DNA from: Candidatus Omnitrophota bacterium
GTDB lineage: Bacteria; Omnitrophota; Gorgyraeia; 2-01-FULL-45-10
Direction: 5' to 3'
DNA length: 64,000 nt
Assembly (NCBI GenBank): GCA_041663425.1
Contig: JBAYMS010000005.1
Coordinates: 531 to 64,530 of the forward strand
How positions within the stretch are numbered: the first letter of the stretch is position 1; every line of letters starts with the position of its first letter. Positions 8,610-17,573 of the stretch are shown here, piece after piece. The notes under the pieces are model-generated. The model was given only the letters and a program-made list of their open reading frames with translations. It searched no databases and was not told the DNA's origin. A program made the translations under genes and the position numbers.

Positions 8610-10741
8610 CAGAAGCTTCCTTTAACAGACGCTATGCCATTTCGCGCTTTTTCATTGTTCGGATCCACATCCAGCATCTTCTGCCAGTATCTAAGAGCCT
8701 TCTCCTTCATACCCATCTTTAGATATATCACTGCGAGGTTGTTATATGCATCTAAAAATTTAGGGTCTGATTTTGCAGCTTTCTCAAATGAAGCTATAGC
8801 GTCATCGACGAGCCCTTTTTTATAATACGCATTGCCCAGGTTATAATAACCGCCTGCAAAATCAGGATTCGCCTCTACAGCCTTTTTAAGCTCATTTATA
8901 GCGTCATCATAACGGCCCATCTTTACATAAATATTTGAAAGATTGTTCCTGGCCTTATAATTAGACGGTTTTTCTTTCAAAAGATCTTTATAGGTGTTTA
9001 TAGCCGCGTCATAATCACCCTTAGCCATATATGTATTTGCGAGATTATACCAGGCATCCATGTAGTTTGCTTTTATTTGAAGAGCTTTTTTAAACTGCTT
9101 TATCGCATCATCATAACGGCCCATCTTGAAATAAATATTACCGAGATTATTATTGGCCTGGAGATGGAACGGCTGTTTATCCAGAAATATCCCATATTCT
9201 TTTATAGCATCTTCATAGCGGCCCATCTTGAGATAGGAATTAGCCACGTTAAAATGACTGGTCAAAACATCGGGGTTTAATTTTTCGGATTTCCTGGTCT
9301 CTTCAATAGCTTTATCATATAGCCCTTTTTCAAAATATATATTGCCGAGGCTTAAATGCGCATCCGCATAATCAGGGGCAATAGATATGGCTGTTGTGAA
9401 TTGCTCTTCTGCTTTATCGTAAAGTTTCAGATCCTGATACGCTGTGCCTAAACTGACATGAGAGCGCGCTGTAGCCGGGGGGCGCCTCACCCTTTCCTCC
9501 CAAAATACAACGGGATTCCTCCAATCCATGTTACGCGTTACAGTTCTCCAACCATAGAAAATAAAAATAACTGAAGCAGCGGCAATAGCTATTTGCTGGT
9601 ATTTTTTATTCGCGTAAATCCTCAAGATCACAGCGCTAAGCAGCATAGAAAATCCGGCGACGGCGGGATAGAGAAGTCTTTCGGCGACGGGCGTATACGG
9701 ATGCGCTATAGTAGGCCCGACGGAAAGGAATATCCATGCCATTGCAAATACAAAGATCCGGTCCTGCTTAAATTTACGGATAACAAACAGAATAAGCGCT
9801 GCAATAGCTATAAATGAAAATAAAGCCTGCGATTCCAGCATCGAATGCGACATACGAAAAACATATTCAGCAGAAAGCTGTATAGGGAACAATAGCAGCT
9901 TCAGGTAATGTAAGATGTATTGGCTTCCCATCATTACAAGATACCCGAGGTCTGTATTAAGACGTGTTTTAAATAGCACTGCAGGAGAGGCAAATTTAAC
10001 AAGGCTTATATACTCGTAAAAGATAGCGATTGCAACATATCCGGCGTATATAAAAATCGCATTTTTGATCGCATTGTTTAATTTGCTCTTATCCACGCCG
10101 CCTTTCCATGTACATACGTCTATAACTACCAATAACAACACTGCACCGACGGCAAGTTCTCTTGTAAATATAGCAAGAAAGCAGAATAATAAAGAACAGG
10201 CATAAAATACGGTTCTCTTTATGCCTTCAGAGGTTTTCACTTTCAGATAAAAAATGATCGCGGTGAAAAACAAAGCGCAGAAAATAGCGCTGCCCCTGAA
10301 CGCAGGGCTATTCACCACCTCAGTCTGGACGGGGTGGGCAATAAAAAACAAGCCGGATAATGCGGCAACTAAACGCGCCGGAAGCTTAGCGTCCAGCATC
10401 GGCGTAATAAGTAACACTAGAAAATAAAGCGCTATTCCGGCCAGCACATGGAAAAAGATATTCGTCAGATGATATCCGACGGGGTTAAATTTCCAGAAAT
10501 GGTAATCGATTATGAATGTAAGTGTAGTCAGGGGACGATAAGAAAATTCGCCGGAGCCGGCGTAATACTCTTTTGTAAAAAGATACTTTATATTACTGAG
10601 CTTTGTAAGGAATACGTTATTTTTTACTAGTAGGTCGTCATCGTAAACGAATTGGTTCTGTAATGAATTGGCATATATGGCAAATCCTATTACCACTATC
10701 AGGGCTATGGAGATAAAAGATATTTTAAAGCTGCTATTCAT
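8609..10741 (-). CDS. TMTC-like GT-C fold glycosyltransferase (multi-TM, DD motif) fused to C-terminal TPR repeats
   Basis: 710 aa. There are about 11-13 N-terminal TM helices with a first-loop FVYDDD motif and a YRPLT motif as in PMT/TMTC-type GT-C enzymes. The C-terminal ~300 aa is made of about 8 TPR units (repeated AxxxYxxAxxxxP / YNLGNxY patterns). Confidence 0.6.
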   Translation of the reverse strand: MNSSFKISFISIALIVVIGFAIYANSLQNQFVYDDDLLVKNNVFLTKLSNIKYLFTKEYYAGSGEFSYRPLTTLTFIIDYHFWKFNPVGYHLTNIFFHVLAGIALYFLVLLITPMLDAKLPARLVAALSGLFFIAHPVQTEVVNSPAFRGSAIFCALFFTAIIFYLKVKTSEGIKRTVFYACSLLFCFLAIFTRELAVGAVLLLVVIDVCTWKGGVDKSKLNNAIKNAIFIYAGYVAIAIFYEYISLVKFASPAVLFKTRLNTDLGYLVMMGSQYILHYLKLLLFPIQLSAEYVFRMSHSMLESQALFSFIAIAALILFVIRKFKQDRIFVFAMAWIFLSVGPTIAHPYTPVAERLLYPAVAGFSMLLSAVILRIYANKKYQQIAIAAASVIFIFYGWRTVTRNMDWRNPVVFWEERVRRPPATARSHVSLGTAYQDLKLYDKAEEQFTTAISIAPDYADAHLSLGNIYFEKGLYDKAIEETRKSEKLNPDVLTSHFNVANSYLKMGRYEDAIKEYGIFLDKQPFHLQANNNLGNIYFKMGRYDDAIKQFKKALQIKANYMDAWYNLANTYMAKGDYDAAINTYKDLLKEKPSNYKARNNLSNIYVKMGRYDDAINELKKAVEANPDFAGGYYNLGNAYYKKGLVDDAIASFEKAAKSDPKFLDAYNNLAVIYLKMGMKEKALRYWQKMLDVDPNNEKARNGIASVKGSF

Positions 10742-10750
10742 ATCCCCTCT

Positions 10751-11959
10751 TCAGGTTAATGCCTCGCTCAAGGCATCTGCTATTATTGTAGCTTCACGAT
10801 CTGTCATATCGTCATATAACGGCAATTGGATGGAAGATTCATAAACACCTTTAACCACAGGATATTCCTCTTCCAAGTTCAGATACAAAGCGCAGTTGTC
10901 GGTTATTTCGCCTTTTACGCCGGAGTCAATACCCCTTTTCACCAGCTTTCTGCGGATATCCTCTATTGCGCCGTTATAACTACTTAATCTTATCACAAAA
11001 AAATAGAATATTCTATCTCCCTGCACAGAGATATCCTGAAATGATATATTATCGCCAAGCCTTTTTATAAGACGATCCGCGGCATTGTTTCTTAGTTTAT
11101 TTTTATACTCAAGATCCCCCAGTTGTCTTAGCCCTAAAAAAGCCTGCAGATTGGTAAAACGCGATTTTTTAGCACGCGCTGATCTGCGCGTAGACAGATA
11201 AAATCTGCTTATGATGCCGGAAGTTTTTTTGCCAGCCAGGAATCTTATGAGGACAGGATATGCGGGTGAATTCATGAGGAGATCTTCTGCGTATGAAAAT
11301 AATATTTTGGTTAGAATGCCATAACTTTTATAGGGATATGATTCAAGGGCGGATTTGATATGTTTTATGATACTCTCATTATTGGTGGTTGCCATACCGC
11401 CGCCGAATGTGTTTATGCCTTTGATCGTTTCGAAACTAAAAAATGCGGCGTCGCCAATAGAACCTACATGTTTTCCGTCAATCGTTGCGCCTAAAGCATG
11501 CGCGCAATCCTCTATAACTGCCATGCCGTACTTTTTTGCAATGCTTGTTATCTTTTCCATATCACATGGGACTCCAAAAAGATGGGTCGCTATTATGACT
11601 CTGCTTTTAGGAGTAATGTGAGCGGATATCAGCTGCGGATCCATATTAAATGATTTTTTCTCTACATCGACCAGTTTGGGCACCAGCCCTTTGGCTATAA
11701 CAAGATCTACCAGATCCTTCAGTGTATATGCCGGCATTATAACTTCATCGCCTCGCTCAAGCTTCAGCGCGTCAAGAATAAGTGATAATGCATCACGCCC
11801 TGAACAGGTTGATACAGCAAACTTCGTGCCTACATATTCCGCAAATTTGTTTTCGAACAATGCTATATCCTGGCCTTTTGCCGTCTGGCCAGTAAATATC
11901 AGGCTGAATACATCTCTAAATTCACCCTTATAGTATCGCGGCTTTCGGCGTCTTATCAT
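10751..11959 (-). CDS. DegT/DnrJ/EryC1/StrS-family PLP-dependent sugar aminotransferase
   Basis: 402 aa. The FSFETIKGINTFGGGMATT block matches the conserved FSFHxxKxxxxGEGG Schiff-base lysine region of DegT-family enzymes. The N-terminal region has a fold-type I layout. Confidence 0.85.
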   Translation of the reverse strand: MIRRRKPRYYKGEFRDVFSLIFTGQTAKGQDIALFENKFAEYVGTKFAVSTCSGRDALSLILDALKLERGDEVIMPAYTLKDLVDLVIAKGLVPKLVDVEKKSFNMDPQLISAHITPKSRVIIATHLFGVPCDMEKITSIAKKYGMAVIEDCAHALGATIDGKHVGSIGDAAFFSFETIKGINTFGGGMATTNNESIIKHIKSALESYPYKSYGILTKILFSYAEDLLMNSPAYPVLIRFLAGKKTSGIISRFYLSTRRSARAKKSRFTNLQAFLGLRQLGDLEYKNKLRNNAADRLIKRLGDNISFQDISVQGDRIFYFFVIRLSSYNGAIEDIRRKLVKRGIDSGVKGEITDNCALYLNLEEEYPVVKGVYESSIQLPLYDDMTDREATIIADALSEALT

Positions 11960-13050
11960 ATTTTTAAACCTGTTATTTTTTGAAGCGGTATATTTAGACT
12001 AAAACGATCCATCCAGCAATCGCATCTTGCGCCAGACCTGAACGCACAGCGCAGATCCTGCATTTCAGCACTGTGCCACAGATCTATGAGATTTGTATCA
12101 TTCAGATTGCCTATAGGCACATTGGGCGACATGGTCAATTCATGGCATGGCAATAAATTGCCCGACACATCTGCACCTCCGAAGAACGTGCCGGCAAAAC
12201 ATAAAAATTTATCTTTCAGTTTTTCGGGATGGAATATAAATGACGGTATATTGCGGTGATAAACTGTATTCAGAATTTTATATTTTCTCAGTAAGCCCTC
12301 AAAGCACTTCCTGAATGCAGGCTCATCTTCTGCGCTGAACCTCATGTATTCGGGAACGTCATAAGACAGTTCTGTGTTTTTATAAATAGGCTTAAACGAT
12401 ATAGCATCAACTTTTTCTCTAAAATGGCCGGCAAAATCCTCCACAAAAAGATAATTCTGCTTATTGATAAGATATCGTGCCTCTATAAACACCGGCGATC
12501 TTGTAGAAAAATTGCGTATCGCTTTTATACCATTTTCTATTTTGTCAAACAATCCGTCCCGGCCTCTTATTTTATCAACGGTTTCCGCATCGGGGCCATC
12601 TATGCTTATAGTGATAAAATCCACCCCGCCCCTTATCATCGATTCCGCTTTTTCCTCCAGAAGAAAGCCGTTCGTCGAAACATTCACTATCATGCCCGAG
12701 GATTTGGCTTCCCGTATAACATCATCCAGGTCTTTGCATAATAACGGCTCTCCTCCGCATAAGCTCAGGAACCATACGCCGCTTTCAGCTATATTTTTTA
12801 TAATTTTTATTTTTTGTCTGAGGTCCGGCTCTTTTTTAATTTGCGCCGGCACCTGCCCGGCTTTCCAAAATCCGCAAAAAGGGCACCTGAGATTACAGCT
12901 TGCTGCTATATCCCATACAAAAAAAAGAGGGCCTCTACGCGGCGTCTTTTGCGTCATAGCTACAAGGTAGTTGTCTGTAAAAGTGAGGAGTAGTCTGGGG
13001 ATAGACTTGATATTCCTGCTTAAGGCATATCTCAGCTTGTTTTTATTCAA
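11956..13050 (-). CDS. Radical SAM enzyme with C-terminal SPASM/twitch-like Cys-rich domain
   Basis: 364 aa. It has CNLRCPFCGFW (CX3CX2C), a GGEPLL motif, and C-terminal cysteines (CFAGTFFGG...C...RCAFRSGARCDC). The start overlaps the DegT stop by 4 nt and its own stop overlaps the upstream flavoprotein gene. Confidence 0.85.
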   Translation of the reverse strand: MNKNKLRYALSRNIKSIPRLLLTFTDNYLVAMTQKTPRRGPLFFVWDIAASCNLRCPFCGFWKAGQVPAQIKKEPDLRQKIKIIKNIAESGVWFLSLCGGEPLLCKDLDDVIREAKSSGMIVNVSTNGFLLEEKAESMIRGGVDFITISIDGPDAETVDKIRGRDGLFDKIENGIKAIRNFSTRSPVFIEARYLINKQNYLFVEDFAGHFREKVDAISFKPIYKNTELSYDVPEYMRFSAEDEPAFRKCFEGLLRKYKILNTVYHRNIPSFIFHPEKLKDKFLCFAGTFFGGADVSGNLLPCHELTMSPNVPIGNLNDTNLIDLWHSAEMQDLRCAFRSGARCDCWMDRFSLNIPLQKITGLKI

Positions 13051-13718
13051 TTTTCCGCCTGGAATGTAATTCCTTTAAGCTTAAACATTATTTCGTTTTT
13101 AAAGATATCGAAATTATGTTTAAAGACATACATGCCGACAGGGATTATCGGTTTAGAGATAAGTTCTTCGGCTCTTTTCGGCACCGCTTCGCCTCGCGCG
13201 ATAGCTTTAGCGGCCACAGAGAAAGCTTTTTTTATGTTCAAACCTAGGATCGTGAGAACTAAACCGCGGCCATACATCAACATAGGTCCCATCCCTATAG
13301 CAAAAACTCCTAGACAGGAAAAGCCAGATTCTTTTGCAAATTGCCTATAAATATTTACGGCCGAATTATTCTGCCTTGCCTCAGGAAAACCGCAATTTGA
13401 TATGGCGAACATACCTTTGCTGTTATTTATCTTGGACATATTTTTTTTCAAACTGTCCATGGCGCGTATTACAAAAGACGGCGGACCGCCGTTATTTATC
13501 GGAGAAGAAAATACAACATTCTCATGGCCATTAATTGCACATAGTAAGTTCTCTTCCCACTTTTCAGAATTCATCAGGGCAGCAAGATTAATAATGGTAG
13601 ATTCTACATTATTACCGGCAAGTGCTTTTGCCAACATATCTCCCGCTATCCAGGAAGCGCACTTATGACCCTGCTTGGGAGAACTTATTAAAATAAGGAT
13701 TTTTCTTTTAGTATTCAT
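13047..13718 (-). CDS. Flavodoxin-like fold NAD(P)H-dependent FMN reductase family protein
   Basis: 223 aa. The N-terminal KILILISSPKQG is typical of flavodoxin-like FMN reductases (KIxxIxGSxR). It overlaps its neighbours by 4 nt on both sides. Confidence 0.5.
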   Translation of the reverse strand: MNTKRKILILISSPKQGHKCASWIAGDMLAKALAGNNVESTIINLAALMNSEKWEENLLCAINGHENVVFSSPINNGGPPSFVIRAMDSLKKNMSKINNSKGMFAISNCGFPEARQNNSAVNIYRQFAKESGFSCLGVFAIGMGPMLMYGRGLVLTILGLNIKKAFSVAAKAIARGEAVPKRAEELISKPIIPVGMYVFKHNFDIFKNEIMFKLKGITFQAEN

Positions 13719-14296
13719 TTATGAACACCCGCCCGCATTAAAGCATCATCTACCATGCCTTTTATTACGTCCTCGGTGCAGTTACTACCCAAAACGGTCT
13801 TTACAATACACTTGCCATGAAAATTTATCGAGTTATGGCTGACGAGTTTTTTAAAAACGTCTTCGAGCTCTTTGTTTTCGGCAGCCATTGATCCAAAAAC
13901 TATAACTTTGGATTTTTTATTATTTCTACGGCGCAGATGGATGTCGCCGTCTATTTTTATAAACAAAGGAAACAATATCACTATCAGCCTGTCGAGCAGT
14001 TTTTTAAGATGCCAGGAGTATCCGCCGTAAGTAATAGGCGTCAGAGATATCCACAAATCACTCTCATCGGCTGCGCGGACTATTTCTTTGCCTGCATCAC
14101 TTATAACACATAAGCCCGGCGTCTTATACCAGCAGTCAAGACAGCCCAGGCAGTGATCTATTTTTATATCACGGAGAGTAAAAAGCTTCACGTCATAATT
14201 GCTGTAATTGAGAGTTTTTTTGATAACTTCGAGCGTGGTTTTTAAAGCAGTATCATTTTCGGTAGAACCATCTAATAGCAATATTCTCATAATCAC
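13715..14296 (-). CDS. Iron-sulfur flavoprotein (Isf-like), flavodoxin fold with compact 4Fe-4S motif
   Basis: 193 aa. The N-terminal ILLLDGS flavodoxin-like start is followed by HCLGCLDCWYKTPGLC, which is CX2CX2CX7C. That is the compact cluster motif of Methanosarcina-type iron-sulfur flavoproteins. Confidence 0.6.
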   Translation of the reverse strand: MIMRILLLDGSTENDTALKTTLEVIKKTLNYSNYDVKLFTLRDIKIDHCLGCLDCWYKTPGLCVISDAGKEIVRAADESDLWISLTPITYGGYSWHLKKLLDRLIVILFPLFIKIDGDIHLRRRNNKKSKVIVFGSMAAENKELEDVFKKLVSHNSINFHGKCIVKTVLGSNCTEDVIKGMVDDALMRAGVHK

Positions 14297-14311
14297 AATG
14301 TGGGGTAAATA

Positions 14312-14388
14312 TGGCGTCCCTGGCCTGATTCGAACAGGCGACCCTCTGCTTAGAAGGCAGATGCTCTATCCAACTGAGCTACAGGGAC
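14312..14388 (-). tRNA. tRNA-Arg (anticodon TCT)
   Basis: Reverse complement GTCCCTGTAGCTCAGTTGGATAGAGCATCTGCCTTCTAAGCAGAGGGTCGCCTGTTCGAATCAGGCCAGGGACGCCA. It folds with a 7-bp acceptor stem, GCTC/GAGC D stem, anticodon loop CTTCTAA, T loop TTCGAAT, and encoded CCA. Confidence 0.85.
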
Positions 14389-14408
14389 GCATAAAGAACA
14401 ATACTAAC

Positions 14409-14485
14409 TGGTCGGGAAGGCGAGATTCGAACTCGCGACCCCCTGGTCCCAAACCAGGTGCGCTAGCCAGCTGCGCTACTTCCCG
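14409..14485 (-). tRNA. tRNA-Pro (anticodon TGG)
   Basis: Reverse complement CGGGAAGTAGCGCAGCTGGCTAGCGCACCTGGTTTGGGACCAGGGGGTCGCGAGTTCGAATCTCGCCTTCCCGACCA. The acceptor stem is CGGGAAG/CTTCCCG, the anticodon loop is TTTGGGA, and CCA is encoded. It closely parallels E. coli tRNA-Pro. Confidence 0.85.
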
Positions 14486-14496
14486 GGAAAACTATA

Positions 14497-15090
14497 TTAT
14501 AGATGTTTCTTCAAAAATTCGCGAACTTTTTTTAACGCCTTGGAGCGATGGCTCATCCTATCTTTCACTTTAAGGCCAAGTTCACCGAACGTCTTTTTAT
14601 ATTTAGGTATAAGAAATAACGGGTCATAACCAAACCCGTAACCGCCTTTTTCTGAAAATGCTATCATGCCGCTGCAGGATTCCTCCAGCACCTTAAGGAC
14701 TTTGCCATTGTCGCATATAGCGACGGCGCAGACAAATTTTGCCTGTCTTTTTTCCGGCGGTACTTTTTCTAAAAGTTTCAGTATTTTTTTATTGTTCTGC
14801 TTATCGCTCTTCCCCGGACCTGCGAATCTGGAGGATCTCACTCCCGGAGCGCCCTTCAAAGCCCGGACGGCGAGACCTGAGTCATCCCCCACTGCCAAAC
14901 CTTTCGCAAACTGCGATATTATAAGTGCCTTTTTGGTCGCGTTTGCTTTAAACGTTTTTCCGTTCTCGACTATACGCGGGGTATTTTTAAATTCTTTAAG
15001 AGAGACCACCTCGGCCTTTATGCCCTTAAGATACCTTCTGAGCTCATAAAGCTTTTTATCATTTTTAGTAGCAATAACAAGACGGCGCAT
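14497..15090 (-). CDS. rdgB: Non-canonical purine NTP pyrophosphatase (RdgB/HAM1, dITP/XTP diphosphatase)
   Basis: 197 aa. Motifs VIATKNDKKLYEL, GDDSGL and FGYDPLF are characteristic of the Ham1/RdgB family. Confidence 0.85.
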   Translation of the reverse strand: MRRLVIATKNDKKLYELRRYLKGIKAEVVSLKEFKNTPRIVENGKTFKANATKKALIISQFAKGLAVGDDSGLAVRALKGAPGVRSSRFAGPGKSDKQNNKKILKLLEKVPPEKRQAKFVCAVAICDNGKVLKVLEESCSGMIAFSEKGGYGFGYDPLFLIPKYKKTFGELGLKVKDRMSHRSKALKKVREFLKKHL

Positions 15091-15092
15091 AT

Positions 15093-15827
15093 TTAAACAA
15101 TGCCTTTCAGCACCTTCTTCTGCGCACAGATAAGTTCGTCGACACCTTTTTTCGCAAGCGTAATAAGTTTATTCATATCTTCTTTTGAGAACGGCTCCCT
15201 TTCAGCAGTTCCCTGGATCTCGACAAACCTGCCGTCACCGGTCATAATAATATTCATATCAACTTCCGCGGTAGAATCTTCGTCATAATCTAGATCAAGC
15301 ACCGGCTTTCCGTCCAGCATGCCGACGCTGATAGCAGCCACATAATCTGAAACCGGGATCTCTTTGATAAGCCCGGACTTACGCATAGACTCCAACGCGA
15401 GTATCGCTGAAACAAAACTTCCGGTTATGCTCGCGCATCTCGTTCCGCCGTCAGCCTGGATGACATCGCAGTCTATCCATATCGTCCTCTCGCCTATCTT
15501 TGACATGTCGGCCACCGATCTCATAGACCGGCCTATCAGACGCTGTATCTCCATAGTCCTACCGCCGAGCTTGCCCTTTGCCGCTTCCCTCTGCACGCGT
15601 GTCTTACACGAGCGCGGTATCATACCATATTCCGCTGTTATCCAGCCAGTACCTTTGCCTTTCATAAAAGGCGGGACGGTATTTTCCACCGTCGCGGTCG
15701 TGATCACCTTAGTATCGCCGATCTCTATAAGGCATGACCCTTCAGCATACTTAATATAATTCTTCGTTATCTTTAATTTTCGTAATTCGTCAGACGCTCT
15801 TCCACTTGGCCTTGTCATATATGTCAT
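15093..15827 (-). CDS. rph: Ribonuclease PH
   Basis: 244 aa. [23 protein letters not shown] and [19 protein letters not shown] are RNase PH signatures. The true start is probably the internal M (MTRPSGR) at about 15818. Confidence 0.9.
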   Translation of the reverse strand: MTYMTRPSGRASDELRKLKITKNYIKYAEGSCLIEIGDTKVITTATVENTVPPFMKGKGTGWITAEYGMIPRSCKTRVQREAAKGKLGGRTMEIQRLIGRSMRSVADMSKIGERTIWIDCDVIQADGGTRCASITGSFVSAILALESMRKSGLIKEIPVSDYVAAISVGMLDGKPVLDLDYDEDSTAEVDMNIIMTGDGRFVEIQGTAEREPFSKEDMNKLITLAKKGVDELICAQKKVLKGIV

Positions 15828-16338
15828 TCCCTTTCGAGTCTATTCCTACAATCAATGGAAAATCCACAACTTCCATTTTATATATTGCCTCCGGGCCGAG
15901 ATCACTGAACAATATCGCCTTGGCGGCTTTTACTTTGGCTGAAAGAAGCGCACCTATGCCTCCTGTAGCCAGAAAATATACACGTTTATATTTTTTAATG
16001 GCATTACGGACTTCCAAAGACCTGTCGCCTTTTCCTATCATAGCACCCAATCCCAATTTCAAAAGTTCAGGGGTAAACAGATCCATCCTGGAGCTCGTAG
16101 TAGGTCCGCATGACCCTATTGCCCTGCCTGGCACAGGCGGTGTGGGACCTGCGTAATATATTACGATATCCTTTAGATTGATCGGGATCTTTTTGCCTTT
16201 AGCGATAACCTCATGCAGCCTTTTGTGTGCGGCATCTCGCGCAGTAAATATAACACCTGTCAGCAGGACTTCGTCGCCTGCCTTCAGAGACATAGCAGCG
16301 TCGCTCGTAATAGGTGTTTTTATTTTCAAGGCGCTCAT
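15790..16338 (-). CDS. Class I (Fe-S) fumarate hydratase / tartrate dehydratase beta subunit
   Basis: 182 aa. The subunit layout matches the C-terminal half of FumA/TtdB-type hydro-lyases, lying immediately downstream of the alpha subunit (CQDTG). It overlaps the alpha gene by 4 nt. Confidence 0.8.
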   Translation of the reverse strand: MSALKIKTPITSDAAMSLKAGDEVLLTGVIFTARDAAHKRLHEVIAKGKKIPINLKDIVIYYAGPTPPVPGRAIGSCGPTTSSRMDLFTPELLKLGLGAMIGKGDRSLEVRNAIKKYKRVYFLATGGIGALLSAKVKAAKAILFSDLGPEAIYKMEVVDFPLIVGIDSKGNDIYDKAKWKSV

Positions 16339-17177
16339 ATAGTTTTCTCAGCGCTCCTCGTAGCATGGCAGCTGACATTTACCGCAACCGGCAATCCTGC
16401 TATATGCGTAGGGGCTTCCAGTATGTTTACGCCCAGCACTGTGGTGCTGCCGCCCAGCGCCATCGGCCCCATACCAAGATAATTTATTTCGCGCATAAGC
16501 TCTCGTTCCAATTTCGCAATATGCTTTTTAGGATTTCTTTTATCTATAGGACGAAGAAGCGCCTTCTTCGCAAGATATGCGCATTTTTCAAACGTTCCGC
16601 CCAATCCTATACCTAAAATCATAGGCGGGCAGGCATCCGGCCCGGCTTTTCTGACCACATCCAATATAAATTCTTTTATATTTTCAAACGGATCGGTGGG
16701 TTTGAACATCTTTATCATGCTTTTATTTTCACTGCCGAAACCTTTGGGTGAAACTATAATCTTCACCCTATCGCCTTCGATAATATCAGCGTAAATCACA
16801 GCGGGGGTATTGGTATTTGTATTTTCACGGACAATAGCATCAGATACTACGGATTTTCGTAAACAGCCTTTTCTATACGCTTCGGCAACGCCTTTATTGA
16901 TAGCCGCATTCAGATCTCCGCCGACAAACGAAACGTTCTGTCCTATCGAGATATGAACAATCACCATTCCGGTATCCTGGCATATGGCAATACGTTCCTT
17001 CTTTGCAAGCTCAGCGTTTTCTATAACTGTTTTAATGATATTTTTAGCGCGTGCATTCTTCTCTTTGGCGAGGGCATCTTCAAGAGCTCTGAGGACATCG
17101 CCTCTAAGCTCAAAATTTGCCTTCAGGCAAAGCTCATAGACAGCTTCTTTTATTATGGATACGTTTATTTTTCTCAT
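16335..17177 (-). CDS. Class I (Fe-S) fumarate hydratase alpha subunit
   Basis: 280 aa. The CQDTGMVIV motif is typical of Fe-S dependent hydro-lyase alpha subunits. A two-gene alpha/beta arrangement is typical of anaerobes and archaea. Confidence 0.85.
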   Translation of the reverse strand: MRKINVSIIKEAVYELCLKANFELRGDVLRALEDALAKEKNARAKNIIKTVIENAELAKKERIAICQDTGMVIVHISIGQNVSFVGGDLNAAINKGVAEAYRKGCLRKSVVSDAIVRENTNTNTPAVIYADIIEGDRVKIIVSPKGFGSENKSMIKMFKPTDPFENIKEFILDVVRKAGPDACPPMILGIGLGGTFEKCAYLAKKALLRPIDKRNPKKHIAKLERELMREINYLGMGPMALGGSTTVLGVNILEAPTHIAGLPVAVNVSCHATRSAEKTI

Positions 17178-17569
17178 TATTCCTTTTTATATTCCGCCCG
17201 CACAGTCGTCTTTATTCCGCCTCGCGCGTTGAATTCCCCTACCAGTTCCATCCATCTCGGTTTGCAGGACCTCACCAGATCGTCGAGCATTTTATTAATA
17301 ACATTTTCGTTGAATATCCCTATATTGCGGTAAAATATTGTGTAATATTTAAGAGACTTCAGCTCAACACATAAAATATCAGGAATATACCTTATTACTA
17401 TAGTCGCAAAATCCGGCAATCCTGTCTTAGGGCATATACATGTAAATTCGGGGATATCTATCGTGATAACATAGTCCCTGTCAGGATACTGATTCTTCCA
17501 TGTCTCTATGACCGGCGTTTTAAGCGAACGAACTTTCGACTGCAATCCTTCATATAACGATCTTTTCAT
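17177..17569 (-). CDS. queF: NADPH-dependent 7-cyano-7-deazaguanine (preQ0) reductase
   Basis: 130 aa. The EFTCICPKTGLPDFATIVI motif matches the QueF catalytic Cys motif E(F/Y)TSLCPKTGQPDFAT. Size fits the unimodular QueF type. Confidence 0.85.
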   Translation of the reverse strand: MKRSLYEGLQSKVRSLKTPVIETWKNQYPDRDYVITIDIPEFTCICPKTGLPDFATIVIRYIPDILCVELKSLKYYTIFYRNIGIFNENVINKMLDDLVRSCKPRWMELVGEFNARGGIKTTVRAEYKKE

Positions 17570-17573
17570 TTTA

